From the NCBI GenBank assembly GCA_015233675.1, contig JADFXH010000005.1, forward strand, positions 80,964-144,963: DNA of 64,000 nucleotides, given 5' to 3'. The position numbers and the translations under genes were made by a program. The stretch comes from Candidatus Omnitrophota bacterium. Lineage in GTDB: Bacteria > Omnitrophota > Gorgyraeia > Zapsychrales > Fredricksoniimonadaceae. The notes below the pieces were generated by a model that was not told the DNA's origin, ran no database searches, and was given only the letters and a program-made list of their open reading frames with translations. Below, piece after piece: positions 12,001 to 27,000 of the stretch (its first letter is position 1; each line of letters starts with the position of its first letter).

Positions 12001-15000
12001 AAACGTTACGGCATTGAAATGGCTTATGAAGCACAGGACGTTTTCGGGGCCATTAAGAACCGTGACGAAGATGCTGTGGTAGAAACGCCGACCACGGCCA
12101 AAAAGGCCCAGTCGAACCACTGGAAGAAACTCATTTATAAGGCATTGCCCGAGGTTGAAATTCCGGATTCTTCCATTATTGAGTTGCCACAGAGCGCTGA
12201 ATATATGACGCCGGAACAATTGCGCGAAGAATTATTGAGTTTGAAATTCAACTCGCATATAAGCGATGGCGTAGGCGTACTTATTGGCCGCGATTTTAAT
12301 TCCATTACTCTTTATAAAAAAGACCCCACCCGCGCGCTACCGGGCCAGCCGATGGCAGAGTCCAAGGTGGTAGCGGCAGAAATGTCCCAGCATAACACCA
12401 ACACATTTGAGCCTATGAATGGACATAATGCAGCGGTGAGGCTTGCGATGTTGGCTTTAAGGGCTCTGGGGCATGAAGAGAAGGCGGATACTCTGGAATG
12501 GATGGTCAAGGCGGGCCTGGTGCGAGCCGGGCCGGTGGAAGGATTTTTAGCGACGGTTTGGTCAATGAAGGGCCAAGAAGGGATAGTGTTATCGAATAAA
12601 TATGCTGAGTTTAATAACATTGAAGAAAACGCCCTTAGTCTGATCCATGAAATCGGTGCCCTCTTAAATTTCAGTCATGAACAAAACACCGCTCGAGAAG
12701 ATCTGGCCCGCAAGTGGTTTGAGGCGAATGGCGCGCTGATAGGTTTGGAGGTAATCAAGCGCATCCATTCACGGGAAAGCAAGGAAGCGCAGGAGGTTAA
12801 GGCTAAAAACATAGCCATGCAGGAAAAGGGAGAATTAGCCCGCATTGACAGGTTTTATGTTCCTGCGCGGCATGATGATTTATTGTTGCGTGTTAAGGAA
12901 GATGTGTGGCAGGTTTTACGGCGTGGAGAATATAAAAAGGTGCTGGTGAATCAATGGGCATCCAGCAGCAGGGAATACCAATCCGCCATTGAAAGGGTGA
13001 CGGAGGAATTCGCCAAGGCAATTTTTGGAAATATAGCCAAGTCTTTGGCGTTAAGCATTACGGATAAGACGAGTGCCGCAGAATTATACGATATGTTAAT
13101 GCGGGAAGATTTGTCCCAACTGCCTGTTGAGGTGAAGTTAGCTGTTTATTCAGGACCGCCGGGTGGCGGCAAGCGTGTTATCTGGAACAAATACAATGAG
13201 CTTTATGGTTCGATTATGGAAAGGGTTGTATTGTTCCATACTCGAGCGATCCTGCCTTCAGAACAAATGGGAGTAAACTTCCATTACCGCAGCGTTGAAC
13301 ATTTACTTATGTTAGAAAAAGAAGGAAAAATCCTGACAGCAGTTGTTAATGGGGAATTGCAGGGGTTGCCCCTTACCAGCTTCGAGGACCAGTACGTGTT
13401 CATGGATCCTATGAGCAAAGCCAAATATGATGGGACAGCCCAGGTCAGGGGTTTGAGGGAGGTATTAAGCGGTAACAAGATAGGTATTTTCGAATGCGGT
13501 GTTTCGTGGTTTGAGATATTAAAGGAATTATATGGCGATGAGCTGATGAGCATTTTCATATCACCGTTTAGTGATAAGTATATGGCAGGGGCGATCAAGG
13601 ATCCGTTTACAATATTTGCGGCGAAGGTGGGGATGGAAACGGGACAGCGTATCCGCTCGCGAGAATATAAGGAAGCTGAAAAGTTAGCCAGGGAGGCGCG
13701 GATATTGCAATCCCAAGGCCGGCGAATAGAGGAAGATAAATTTTTCCAGCCGACCAAGCAGGAAGAATATGAAAACCGCATCAAAGAATCGGTTGAGCAG
13801 GTTCGCCGCAGGTTTGAATACCATAAAGTTTTATATAACTCTTGGGCGAAGACAAAGGAGGAGTACGAACAAAGGATGGCGTTTTTGGTGGAAGAATTTG
13901 CTATAAGCGTGTTCAGGAATTTATTGGGAGGCATTGGGCTGAAGCCTGAAGGTTCAACGGCAGAGGAGTTGGCCCAACAGATCAGGAGGATAGATTTAAG
14001 CCAATATGATACCTGCGCAAAACTGGCTATTTACAGCGGGCCGCCGGGCGGGGGCAAAGGGTCAGTGTGGGAAGGGTTTATTGATCATTATGGAGACTTG
14101 GTTGAGAGGTTTGTTTTATTCCATACAAGGCCGATGCGCAGCGGTGAGGTCATGGGGAAGGCGTATCATTTCAGGAATGATGAACATCTCCTCAAGCTTC
14201 AGGAAGAAGGCAAGATCATAACGGCGCAGGTCAATGGGCAAATGCAGGGACTGGCGGTGAGTTCATTTAAAGATCTCTTTGAGTTTAAAGATCCTAAATC
14301 AGGCCAAGAGATTAAAGATGATAATGGAGCGATGGTGCGTGGGATGGACGAAGTTTTCAAGGGCAATAAGATCGTTATTTTGGAATGCGGCCTGGCATGG
14401 TTTGAATCTTTACGCACGCAGTATGCGGATGAAATCATGAGTTTGTTTATCTCACCGTTTGCTGAAAATGAATTATCATTTAGCCATGTGGAGAAATTCG
14501 CCAGCAGGAGTGCCGACAAGAAAGATACCAGCCGGCCGCTGGCGGGACAGCCTATGGCTACTGTGGAGCAGGTAGCGGCAGAAATGGCGAAGCATGATAT
14601 CAGGAAATTTGTCAAGCTTGATAAATACAGTGCGGCGTTCAGGGTTGCGAAATCAGCGTTAAAGGCGATCCGTCGCAATGATATGGCAGAGATGCTGGAG
14701 TGGATGGTCAAAGTGGGGCTGGTGCGTGCCGGACCTGTGGAAGGGTTTTTAGCAACGGTTTGGGTTATCGATGGCAGGGAAAACATAATTCTCTCCGACA
14801 AGAATCCTGATATTGAAGAACAGATTTTAAGTTTGGTGCATGAAATAGGGGCGGTTGGACGTTTTGAGCGCAGCCACGAAGAGAACAGTACGAGGGAAGC
14901 GATGGCCCTCAAGTGGCTGCAGGCCAAAGGAGTGTTGATAGGCTTACAGGTTGTTAACCGGATCCATTTCCGCGAAGGCAAGGAAGCGTTGGCTGTTAAG

Positions 15001-18000
15001 GAAGAGAACTTGAAGAGGCTGGCAAGAGGGGAAAATATCGAGAAATTCTATCTTCCTACTAAACAGACAGATTTGCTCAAGCGGATAAAGGAAGCGATAT
15101 GGCAGGTATTACGACGCAACGAATATAGGAAGGTGCTGGTAAACCAATGGGCCTTAAGCGAGAAGGAATATCAGTCAACGATAAGCAAGTTGACAGAGGA
15201 GTTTGGTCTGGCGATTTTTGAGAATGTGGCTGAGGCACTAGGGCTGGATGTCCCGAATAAAGCAAGCGCGGATGTTTTATTTGAGATGTTAAAGAAGGAA
15301 GATTTAAGGCAGAAGTCAAGCATAGCGAAGATGGCGATTTATTCCGGTCCTCCAGGCGGAGGCAAGGGCGCAATATGGGATGAATTCATAAGGCTTTACG
15401 GGAAGATCCGCAGAGAAACATTTGAGAAGAACCTGCCTGATGGAGGGGAAGTTTTTGACTGGCTAATGCGAGAGGGCAAATTGGAGGGTATTGCCGGCCA
15501 AGAAGGGGCGCTAGCCGTGGAGATTGAAAAAATCAATGGATCTTTGATAGGGACGCCCTACCAAGAGAATGCCAAACAAATTATGGAATTTTTACAGCAG
15601 TACCAGTTTGGGGAGATGATTGACAGGTTTGTGTTGTTCCATACCCGGGAGATCCGTCCCAAGGAGGCGATGGGAGTTAATTACCATTACCGCAATGAAG
15701 ACCATTTATACGAGTTAGAAAAAGAAGAGAAAATCATTACAGCGCGGATCAATGGCCAATTGCAGGGTTTGGCTATAAAGGATTTTGAGGACCCGTATGT
15801 GTATGTAGATCCAAAGAGCAAGGAGAGACATGCAGGTACAGGGCATGTGCTTGGGATGGAATCGGTATTGGAGAGCAACAAGATCACAGTGCTGGAATGC
15901 GGCATGGCATGGTTTGAAGCGTTATCGCGTAAATACGGTGATGAGTTAATGAGCGTATTTATCTCACCGTTTAGCGACCAGTACTTGTCCAACGCGGTGA
16001 AAGATACAGGCACAGTTTTTGCGGCAAAGGTTGGGTTGGAAACAGGGTTACGCATTCATTATTATGAATACAGGGCAGCAGAACGTTTGAAAAAGATATC
16101 AGAGGACCTTCAAAATGAGGGAAGATTTATAGAAGAATTTTGTCAGCCGATGGGACGTTCGGATTTTGAGGAAAAGACAAAGGAAGGGGTCGTACTGACA
16201 AGCCGTCGCCACCAGTATGATAGCTCAGGAACTCCATTGGTGAGTCCGGCTGTCAATATATCTGACAGCGAGTATGACCGTCAGATGGATATTCTGGGAG
16301 AAGAATTTGCTTTAAGGGTGTTTAGGAACTTGGCGAAAAATTTAGAATTTTATCCGCCGGACAATACAGCAGATGAGATAGCAGACTTTTTTAGGGTTAT
16401 TGATTTAGGTCAATATGAGAGCAGAGCCAAGCTCGTATTTCTTGGAGGATCACCCGGAGTTGGCAAGAGGGCCGTCAGGAGAAAGTTTATTGAACGTTTT
16501 GGAGATTTAGTCGCGCACTTTGTTATGTTTTCAATTGAGGGGATGGGGCCCAACGACAAGATGGGAGAGACGTATCATTTCAGGAACAAGGAACACCTTT
16601 TGAGACTGCAAGATGAGGGTAAGGTAATTTTGCCTAGGATAGACGGAGAAGTTGATTGGAAAACCCCGGGTCTGGCCGTGAAGTCATTTGAGGACAGTTT
16701 CAAATTTAGAGACCCTGTAACGAAAAAGGTCACAACAGGTACCATGTGGGTACGGGGATTGGATGATGTTTTCAGTGACAATAAAATTGTCATTTTAGAA
16801 TGCGGACTATCGAGGTATGAGTCTTTAAGGACGCAGTATGCGGATGAACCGTTGAGCATATTTATTGCGCCTTTTAGCGATGAAGAGTTATCGTGTGAAC
16901 ATTTAGCGGAATTCGTACCTGCGGTTACGGGGCCTAATGTGAAAAAAGAGTTTGAAGAGCCGTTAGATTTAGGGCAAGCCTATCAATCCATTGTGGATCG
17001 GCTCAGGGAGATGGGCATTTTAGGACAAGGAGACGGGAGAATATCAAAAGAATTTGTAGCGGATGTGTTCGCGAATCATTTTTGGCATCATTATACAGGG
17101 GACGTTCCTGATCAAATTAGGGTTGAAAGACGCACGGCACAAACAATTATTGCGGCCTTAATGATCGAGGCGGCGAGGGAGAATCCGTCTCGGCAGGTTG
17201 TTTTATTCCATAATCCATATGAAAAGCTGGTTAACGCGCAAGAGATGCTCCCTGATATGTCAGCCGCAGAGATGCTTTTGATAATTTCTGATGACACGTA
17301 TGAATTAAGGAAGAGAACGTTGGAGTGGTTAAATTCCAAACGCGTGACCATAGATGACGAGTGGGTAAGGAAGCCGGCATTGCCGATCATAGGATTTGAA
17401 TTTAAAGGGCCGGAGGGGAGATATATCAAGGCAAGTGATTTGATTGAGGAGTACCGTAAATATGCTCCTGAGGCCAGTATAATGGTCCCGGTGTTTTTAC
17501 AGGGAGGCGTAGTTGAATTAAAAGAGATAAAAGGCCCAAAACAGGATTCCACCCGTCCTCAACCCGGCCAGCCGATGGCTTCTGCGGAAGCAGTTTCTAC
17601 AGAGCTGGCTAAGCATGATTTGAAGACATTTACAATATTGAAGGAAACTGATGAGTCCGTTGTTTTAGCGGTCAAGTCCATGAACGCGATGGAAGAGACG
17701 GATAAAGCCGAGCATCTATTGATGATGGTACGCGAAGGCCGCGTGCGTGCGGGGCCGGTCACAGGCTTCCTCGCAACAACCGCTGTTGTTAATCAAGCAG
17801 AAAATATAATCCTTTCGAATACTAATCCTTCCTTTAATACGGTTAAAGAACAAGCCTTGAGTCTAGTCCATGAGATTGGTGCGACAAGAACATTTAATTT
17901 GACACATGAAGTTAATAGCCAAAGAGAGTTGAAAGCAAAGACTTTGATTAGGGTAGCTGGATCCGCAGTAGCAGCCGCGTTTCTGGCATTTATGGGTAAG

Positions 18001-21000
18001 AAAAATAAAATATTTTCAATCTTGATGATTGGGTTAGTAGTAGTGTTGTTAAGCAGCAGTATTGTAATCCAACACACAGGGCCAAGGAGTGATATACCGC
18101 AATCTCCGGTTACAACACAACAGGCGGCATTTTATGGATTGACCATTGATGCCCAAACTTTTACGAACAATGATGTTAACACCATCATCGGCAATGCCGT
18201 TCGTACTTATTATCCGATACCTCCTCAGTTAGCCCAGCAGATCATTTCAACCGGTCATGTAAAAACTTTAATTGTCGGCATTCCTTTTAACAGCAATGCC
18301 TATGGCCCGGAGAATTTGACCCAATTCTGGGGGAATGCTGTCCCTGCCAAGAATGAACGAGTTTCCTTGATGGACAATAATTATGTGGAATACATCCGTT
18401 CTTTAAGAACTGCCGTTAATGGTCGTGCCACGATCATTATTGAGTTGCTCAATGAAGCTAATTTTGATTGGAATTATCCTAAATGGGTCGGCAAACCTGC
18501 AAACGAAGAGACATTCAAGGAACTATTTAATTTAATTGATGCCAGCGCCAAGAATATCCACAGAGAATTAGGCCGCGATGTAATAGTTTCGACTGATTTG
18601 GGTGATAGACCGGAACATTTTGGGCTAGCTCTTAAGACAGACGTTGACAGGATCGGGGTCAATTATTATCGTCATAATACTTCTTTGACGAGTGATATTA
18701 AAAATGCTTATGACAAAACAGGTACCCATAAACCATTCTACATTGCCGAAGCAGGGGCTTCTTCTTTAAACAGCGAGGCTGCTCAGGCTGAAATTGTTCG
18801 CAATGATTGGAACGACGCTCAAAAGATGAAGATAAGCATTACATTTATGTCATTGGAAGACAACAGCAAGAAAGCTGAGTCTAGCGGCAAGCCTGAAGAA
18901 GGTGATTGGGGATGGATGAACGAGGCCCATAAACTAAAGCCGGTGTACGTTCAAATGAATAAGATTTGGACCCCAACAGCAGCCACCAATTCAGCAAAAC
19001 AAGCAGTAGCGACTAAGCATACAGCGGTTAAGCCAGCAGCAGTTAAACCGGCATCACCGAAGGTAAATATTTCAAAACCCGCTCAACATCATGTGCGAAT
19101 TCATACAAGGTCATTGGTGCCGGTAAGAAAATATGCCAGCCATACAGGCATACATCCTGCGTTGACACGGCAGTCGGTAGTACCGGTAGTTACGCCGAAG
19201 CCAGTTGCATCACAGCCCGCTGCTCAGCCAGAGGAACCCAAAGCAGAAACACCAACAGCGCCAGCGGCCACGACCGCAAACGTTATCCAGCTTACCACTG
19301 ATAAGCAGGTAGCAACTGCTCCAACAACGGCCGCACCGGCAGTATCAGCGCCAACAACAACTACACCTGCAGTTTCAGTAACAACACCTGCCCCTGCAGT
19401 GACCAAGGTCGCAAATCTCGTCAAAGCCTTCACAGCAACAGAAGGGCAAACAACTGCGATATTCGGCAAGACCGAAGACGGCAAATATTTCAAGGCAACG
19501 CTCCAGAATTGGAGTCCTGTAGTTGCGGAGGATGTTCCTGCGGACGTTAAACAGGCTATTGACATCGCAACAGCCCAGCATCCGCTGGTATTGTGGGTCA
19601 ACAGCAAAGACGTCACAAGTCCTGATTATCAAGCGAATTATCAGACCATTTTGAACAATGTCCGCCAGGCTTTAGGGAACACTAATATTGTTACCCTGTG
19701 TGATACAGCCAAGCCGGAAAACACGATTCAATCGACAAGCCCGCTTACCTTCAGCCCGGTGACAGTCAGTGACAGGCACATTTTACGTGAAGGCAAACCA
19801 TACATTATCCATGGCATTACTCTATCAACCGCACATACCGGAGAAGGCCGCCGGGATGTCCGCTATACGCTTGATTACATCGGAGGGGAAAACACCTTAC
19901 GTCAGATGAAGGAGATGGGAGTTAACAGTATCCGCATGTATTATCCTCCGAGCAAAGATCTTCTTGATGCTTTAAGCCGCAATGGCATGACCGTGACAGT
20001 GGGAATCCCGAATTTTGATGACCGCAATGTTCCGGCTGATGAAAAGATCGATATCAGCAGCGGCAGTTATAAACAGTACATTGATCAAAACAAGAACAAT
20101 CCCGCGATTCTAATGTGGGAAATTGGTAACGAATATAACTATCATCCTGAATGGTTCAAGGATAGCGGTAAGAGCTGGAAGGAGATTCTAAAAGACACAG
20201 TACATGAAGTGCGGGCAATTGATATGAATCATCCGATAACGACAGCCGAGGGAGTAGAACAGGGCGGCTTAAAGGCGATTGCGGGCAAAGACGGGGATGG
20301 GATTAGCGCGGCAGGGTTTAACGTATATAGGGGAGAAGGGCTTGGTAATTTGAGTCAAGAGTGGCAGAAAGCTTCTGTCAAGCCGGTGTATTTATCTGAA
20401 TTTGGGGTCAATTACAGCGCAGATGCCGATGTACAGGCAAGGGGCATCAAGATGCTCTGGCAGGATATCCAAAAGGGCATTGATGAAGGGGTTCTTTCCG
20501 GCGGATATGCGATGACATGGAAGAGTGAAGACTGGAAAGACGGCGCGGCAGAAAAGAACCTTGGAGTTATTGATGCCAATGGAGCACCGAAACAAGCCTA
20601 TTATGTACTTCAGCAGCTCTGGAACCCGTCGAAAGTTCCAGCTCCGGCCACAAACATCGTACCTGCCAAGGCTGATCCTAAAGCAGAACCTAAGACAGGT
20701 CTTCCTTCAGTGCCGAAAACGACTCCGACATTGGTACCGGCGAATCACAGCTCTGGTAACGATCCATTGAAGGAGCAGCTTAATAAAATGAACAACAGCC
20801 TGCAGGCGGCTAAGGAAGGCATAGATAGCGCGAATAAGAGCCTTAAGGAAATCAACATCCAAATAGCGGATCATTCTAACGACTGGCAAATCAGAGATCA
20901 AAACAATGATGTACGTTACGGTCTGGCCCTGATGGGGATCAATCTCCAGCAATCAATTGGTCAGGCGTATGCAGACAATCTTAATTCATCCAACATGAGT

Positions 21001-24000
21001 GATGAGGACAAATCCGGAGTATTCGCAGGACTTAGCGTCGGGTCAGTTCCTGACAACGGGTTAAGCGTTAAGCTTTGGGGACCATTGTCTGTTAATGCAA
21101 CAGTTCAAAACTCGCAGGCAGGCCCGCTTAACATGGCACAAACGCTGCTTAATACAAAAGAGGTATTTAAAGCGCAGGGAGTCAATGCAGTGATGGGTGG
21201 GATCAATTATGTCAAGACGATCACTGATATAAACAATATTTTTGTAACCCAGCATGTACGCATGAGTGAAGCAGGGGCGTTTGTAATAAAGAATGGTAAG
21301 CAGACAGTAATAGCGTTGGATGCAATTAAGGGCAATCCGATAGCAGTGGACGATCATGGCAAGGCTGTATTTAAGGCAGGGCGAGACGGCAAATTAGTAC
21401 ATGTTCCTGTGATAGAAAAACTATATAGCGGCATTGAGGCAATTACAGGGAAGATATTTGGTAACCATAGCAAGCAAGTACCGTACAGCAAGCAGAAGTC
21501 GGGGTATATTCCTGGCAGGGTTGAAAGCGCCTTTGTAATGCAGGGCAGCAACAACACAAATCCATATATTAAGTATACGATCGAACGTGGAGAACAAGGT
21601 TATTTTGTCAATGATCAAGGCTCATATGTGCAGAAAGGAACAACGGGCGCGATTGCGGCAGAGCAATTTGTGTTTGGCTACAAATATGATATGACGAAGC
21701 TGATGGCGAGCAACGGGAAAGACGGGAAAACCGCCATATTTATGAGCCATCGATTTGCCAATACAGAAGAAGAGGAAGTGATCAAGAACAACCAAAAGGA
21801 TCTGTGGCTTGAGCCGGGGGCTATTTATTCGATACCCTCCAAGTATGATTTGAAGATGGCGGCGAAGAACTGGCCTGATTTGACAGGGAAGGACAACAAT
21901 GCGTTGCTTATTCATCCGATTACGAAGGAAGTGCTGAAGGTTTATGCCGGTGACAAACTGCCGAATACTGCATACAGGAATCAGCCGGTAGTAGTCAATG
22001 GAGCGATGAATCCTGAAAGTCTGATGGGAGTGCCTGTAGACAGCAGTTACGGGCCGGTAAAAGATGCTCAGGGCAAGCCGATGGTCTGGGGCGGCACCTT
22101 TGCGAGATCAGTAATTGCGCAAGTGGGGGCCAATGGAGAAGTGATTGCGGCGGGGTTGATTAAGTCTGAGGTAGTTAAGAGCAGTTCAGATATGCTAACA
22201 ATTCCTACTTTAGACCAAAAAGAAAGCATCGTGCGAAAGGTAGTTGCTGATGCCGGCGGAGACGAGCTAGAAGCGAATAAGGTATGGAATATTTTGCAAG
22301 AGAACCAGGAGCAGCCGGTATTCCCGCAGGTGATTTATACGCCGAGCGGCATCAACCGTTATTCATGGTCTATCTTACCTTTATCTAATAATGAAACCAA
22401 TGATACCGGCACGGTGATGGTTTTTAAGAAAAACGGCAATGCGTATGAATTTTCCAAATTTAGCAGCAACTTTACGGTTAAGCCGGAGTCCAAGCCATTA
22501 ACGTCAAGTGTAGTTTTGAGTATGCCGGTCAGCGATGGTATAGCGGCGGTAAAGACGGTATGTGGGCACAATTTTAATACCATCACACTTCCTGCCAAAT
22601 TCCCGGTGGTCCAAAATCCCGATAAGGATAGTACAGATAATATCGGTATATTTATACCGAAGCCGGATAAAGTCATGTATGCCTTTATCACGTTTAAGGA
22701 TTATACACAGGCTATATATAGTGAAGCGCAAGCTCTTAAATTGCATATTTATGATTTACCGGATAAGGGAGAGGTAAAATCTTCAGTTGCGTACAAATCA
22801 GCTGATTATAGCTGGAGCCACACTAATGAGCCGGCCCATAATGTAGAAGGTCAGATGCCGGTACAGCTGGGTATTTATGAGGATCATACACCGGCGATAG
22901 TGGTATATACGCCGCGCATTACCAATCTCCAGAAGTATATGCAGGAGCATCAGAAGAGCGCAGTTGCAATCACGCCTGAGGGGGCAACTAAATATTTTGA
23001 TAATGCGCCTTTGACGCATATGGACAAGGTAGAGCCGATGGCCTCGCCGGTATTTGGCAAAGCCGCAAGCGATCTGGCGTCTGGCAGATCACTGGATGAT
23101 TTAAAAGCTGCTATTAACTCAAAGGCATTTGAAGCGATCAAAGATGCGGACAAACAGGCCATTAATAATCGTATTGATAATATCGTGAATCTGGATCAAA
23201 CAAATAGCGAGGCTCTTAAGGTTTATCAAGGCTCATTAATTCAAGGGAAATTAGACAATGCGTATCAGCTGCTTTTGAATGCGCAGAAGATGAAAGGGCA
23301 GAAAGGTCTTCAGTCTGCGGCAGAAGCGATTTATGGGATATTAGGACAGGTTGAAGAAGAGACAGCGAAAGTAGACAGCGATATGTCGATCGGCAAGATG
23401 ATCGTGCAGATCTCCGGCGCGTTGCAGACGGTGAGCAGTGATCAATTTGATTCCAAGGGGCTTAAATCAAGTATTCTTATCCCTGCCTTAGCGCAAGACG
23501 GGGACATCTCGGAGGGTCGCGTGACTTTAGGATTTAACGGATTTAGCGCCGCCTTCAATACACATTTGACCAAAGATTTGGGGTATACGCAGGAGCAAGC
23601 AGCTCAGATCGCGGCTATATTAAAACAGGATCTGATAAGCGAGACACCGGATGGTTATTTGAAACAGCTGCAGTCATTAGGTGACAACAAGGCCATGCAT
23701 GAGAAATTGAGCAACGATATTAAGGGTTACTACAATACCCCGATTGCCAGCAGCTTTGATTTAACTTCTTTAGGGATCGCAATTGGCCAAGACACAACGA
23801 GTATTCAGACTTACAAGAATTATGATCTAATGTCCCACGAATGGCCGCTTTTGACGCCATCTGTTATTAAAGCCGCTGGGGCCTATTGGGCAAGTCTTGA
23901 CAAGCAGATAGCGGCGATTGATAAGGATGTAGCCGCAGGAACGTTAAGTCCGGCGGCAATCGTCGAGTACACGAAAGTCCGCAACAGCCTCTCGACAATA

Positions 24001-27000
24001 GAGAGCGTCTCCAAGACAGAGGTTGATCTTGACAGTCAACTATATAACCACACTAGTCAGGAAAACGGATTGCTTAAGGTGATCAATCGCAAAATAGCAG
24101 ACACCCAACAAGATGAAGACGCAAAGACAGCCGAGCTTAACGCATTAACAGCGATGAACAATCTTCAAGATCAGCATTTATTATATACGCCAAAGGTTCA
24201 AGTCTCGGTGAAGCAGGCAATTGACTTAAATTTGAATAACGCCAATTTTGATATTAACACCTTCTTTAGTCGAACAGGGTTTGGCCTTGATCCGTTACGC
24301 AGCATGCTTGACGAGACGAAGAATTTAATGGCCGCCAACCGCAGCAAGCAAAACGATGCGGACACGCTAAAAGGACTTCGAAAGGTTTATGAGCAGGAGC
24401 AAAGGGAATTTACGAATAATATGACGGCGCTGAATACGAAGTTCGCTGATGCCCAGAAAGAAAGAGCTATTTTAAAGGGCGAATTGACAACCGCGATTGT
24501 TAAATCAACGATGGATGACAAATCAAAGCATGATGGTATCCAGGCGCTTGAAGAGTTTTTTGCCGCTAACCGCGGACCAAGCGCGGGGCTACTGGTTGCG
24601 GGCAACAGCGTTTACACGGCGCAAGGCCGTGTAGAGCTTGTGGCTCCATATGCGGGCAAGATTACGGGGAGCAAGTTAGAATCTGATGGTAATCAGTATT
24701 ACTTTACGACAGATGAAGGTCGCAAAGTGACGTATATTGCCGGGACGTATACTGTTAATGCGCCGGGCGCATTCCAGAACAGTTTTGGTCTTGTCAGTAT
24801 TGATGAACAGTTAGCTAAAAATTTAATGAGCAACACTAATATAGGGTATGTAGCCGGCGACAAATTTGAGAAACGGCCGGACGGCACCTTCAATGATCTC
24901 AAGCAAAAGTATTATTTGGTAGTGGAGTCAGTTGGATATAGTACGGACCATGCGTATTTTGGAGTAGTGGGCCTGATTAAGGCCAATATGCAAGACAAGG
25001 ACAATACGGTCAAGGCATTAAGCGGAGTGGTTGATTTGGATTTAACGGCGGACCACAAGAACAAGCTTATTATGGAAGCGGGCATAGCCAATGCCAATGC
25101 CTCAAAGAACAGTCCGTATACCATTTATGACATGTTAACCAACCAAGCGATATTCACACAGAGCGTAGCGTTATCTGCCGATGATATGAACAGTTATCAG
25201 AAGGTAGAGATTCTGCATAACATCAATAAGAACTGGATGATGTATGTGGCGGGCAATCATGAAGAAGGCAAGAACAATATAACAGGCAAATACAATGAGT
25301 CCTTCCTGTCGGCAGGGGTTGGTGCTGATTACGGGAAGGTCAAGTTTAATTTTGAAGCAGCGCCGGGCGCAAAACGCTATGGCAGCAAGATGACTTTTGG
25401 GCGTCTTTATTTATCTGCAGATGATATCCATAATACGACAGTCTTAAGCGGAAGCTATGATCTGGTCAAAGATAACGGTCAGGTAATTGAAGTGGGGGCC
25501 AAACGTGATGCCCAGCAAAACATCATCGGGTTTATCGGCTGGCGCAAAGAATACAAAGGGATGGACATCAGTGGCGGTGTTACGAGCAAGGGCGCGCCGG
25601 AGCTTAGTGTCTCTAAACAAATCGCGGGCAGTAACGCTAAGGCTAAGGTCAAGGGGCTGGTAGAAGTGCCTGTTAATATGGGGCCAGAAGACAGATGGAT
25701 GATTCCGGGCTTTGAGGATCTATCCAAAGAGCCGGGCCGGATGACCGAGAGCATGGAAGTTAATGGGGTCAGCGGTGAGCCGATAAAAGGCCTATTTGAC
25801 CAGCAGGGCAATATAGTGATTCTTTCGAATGCATTGATCCAAAAGGATCTGGACATTCAGGCCAACGATTTTGTGAAATTAATTTATCTCGATGGCAAAG
25901 GATTTACCGGTGCTGACAAGAACGCATTTGCAAATGCGGTTACACCGCGCGCCGTGACTGTCGGCAATGAGACCAGAACAAGATCAGCCATAACCCCGAT
26001 CAAATGGATTACGGCACAAGACCTCGAGGCGGCGCATATTCAAAAAGATAATAACGGCCTGTATTGGTTCACTCTGGATGACGGCCAAAAGGTATCTTTA
26101 GGCAGCGGCGAAACAATGATTATATTGCCGGGAGATACAGACAAAATAGGTCTTGGCCACAGCAGCTATCCTGTGGTCGTGGAGTTGACATATAAGGGGT
26201 TTTCAGAACAGATACCGGAACTTACACAATATATAAACGGAGTAAATGATGGCTTGTATGTTGCCAGGATCATGACTCCTGACATGAAAAAGGGCACATT
26301 GGCGACTGCCGTGGCTCCCAAGGAGCTAGAAGAGTACCTGGCCCATAGCGAAGAAGATCTTGGTAAGATATCGCATTTTGAGCAAATAATAGTGCCAGTA
26401 GAAAAGTCAACAATTGCAGGTCTCGATTTAATGAACGTCAAGGGATCAGTTTTAAATCCTGATAATCCAAAGGGCATTTGGCAGGCAGTGGGGGGATCAA
26501 CAACAAAAGTGCAGTTAAAACTGAACACCGACTTAGAGGGAATTCTCGCAAAGTACTCACAAGCAGATGCTCATAAAATCATGTCTATGGTGCAGCAGTC
26601 CTATGGTTATGTGGCAGTTTATCCTGACGGACGACACGTTTCCGTTGAGTTTGCCGGAAAAGCCGGATTTGATGCATTAGGTTCTGCAATAAATGGTAAT
26701 TGGTCCACAGTACCGATGAAGAATGGGACGGTATATGCCACGGAAGAAGAATTGATGAAGCTTTACAATGAAGGCAAGATAAAGTCTGTTGATGAAAAAG
26801 GCAATGGAAAATGGAAACTGATGACTGATCAGGGGGCGGTAGGGATATCGAAGGAGTTAATTAAAGAAGGGAAAGATTTTAAAGCAGGGACAGTTAAAAA
26901 CGGATTTTACTTTAGGATCCTCAAACCCGGCCTTACAAGGGGCAAGTTAAGCACCTATGTGAATGTTAATGGTTTAAGCCGGTATATGGCACGTAATCCC

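Noticed and set aside
14199-14981. Longest minus-strand ORF in the track (260 aa), plus many others at 13284-13934, 5199-5648, 8250-8687, 17112-17552, 15687-16055 and so on
   Set aside because: All lie antisense to the continuous + frame and are mostly in one fixed antisense phase (end coordinate 2 mod 3). They are Ser/Leu/Pro/Ile-rich. Their recurring peptides ('GPARTRP', 'PHS(K/R)(I/M)TILLP', 'LNGEI(N/K)(M/K)LI') are simply reverse-complement images of conserved sense motifs (RAGP, ILECG, ISPF). These are shadow ORFs, not genes.
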